Assembly (NCBI GenBank): GCA_030770535.1
Contig: JASVEC010000001.1
Location: 372,001 to 436,000 of the forward strand
DNA from: Batkoa obscura
Lineage: Eukaryota
DNA length: 64,000 bases
Direction: 5' to 3'
The notes beneath the pieces were generated by a model, which saw only the letters and a program-made list of their open reading frames with translations, was not told the DNA's origin and ran no database searches. Positions 63,909 to 64,000 of this stretch are shown here, piece by piece. How positions within the stretch are numbered: position 1 is the stretch's first letter; every line of letters starts with the position of its first letter. The position numbers and the translations under genes were made by a program.

Positions 63909-64000
63909 TTACGCTGTACCCCAATATCTTACTCTAGCATCATCTGAACAAGTTACAAACGCATCGTCCGTTGGACTAGCTACTACTTTTTGGATTGGTT
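63909..64000 (-). CDS. 3' end of a WD40-repeat protein gene (continues beyond window)
   Basis: Minus frame PIQKVVASPTDDAFVTCSDDARVRYWGTA-stop matches a WD40 repeat end; absent from the ORF track. Confidence 0.65.
   Translation of the reverse strand, partial: PIQKVVASPTDDAFVTCSDDARVRYWGTA

Overview
Very AT-rich eukaryotic (fungal) genomic DNA with short GT-AG introns. The gene set and composition suggest an early-diverging fungus such as an Entomophthoromycotina/Conidiobolus-like species (inference only). The window has two compartments. Positions ~1-40 kb are gene-sparse and repeat-rich with mostly intronless genes: two paralogous mini-homeobox genes, a DUF1295 gene, a PTGR-like reductase, two chitin-deacetylase pseudogenes, a GPLD1 homologue, a 3-repeat Myb, an inverted pair of bacterial-type S8 subtilisins, a GH15 and a CNT transporter. 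Positions ~41-64 kb form a gene-dense core block: PRP43, carnitine acyltransferase, AMMECR1, YPI1, GID4, kelch protein, FYVE-RING ligase, CDK11-like kinase, C2 protein, VPS4 and the end of a WD40 gene. Repeats are 13 copies of a ~100-bp MITE with 4-bp target duplications (one pair forming a ~200-bp palindrome), three solo-LTR-like elements, two other TIR elements and an interrupted tRNA-like sequence. The most striking signal is the subtilisin pair. By eye the two genes are identical over most of ~1.7 kb including the proximal promoter, except for five short, highly divergent islands, four of which sit next to catalytic or substrate-cleft motifs. This looks like gene-conversion homogenisation of old paralogues with protected specificity residues, possibly placed in inverted orientation by LTR-LTR recombination. 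All alignments were done by eye and no searches were run.
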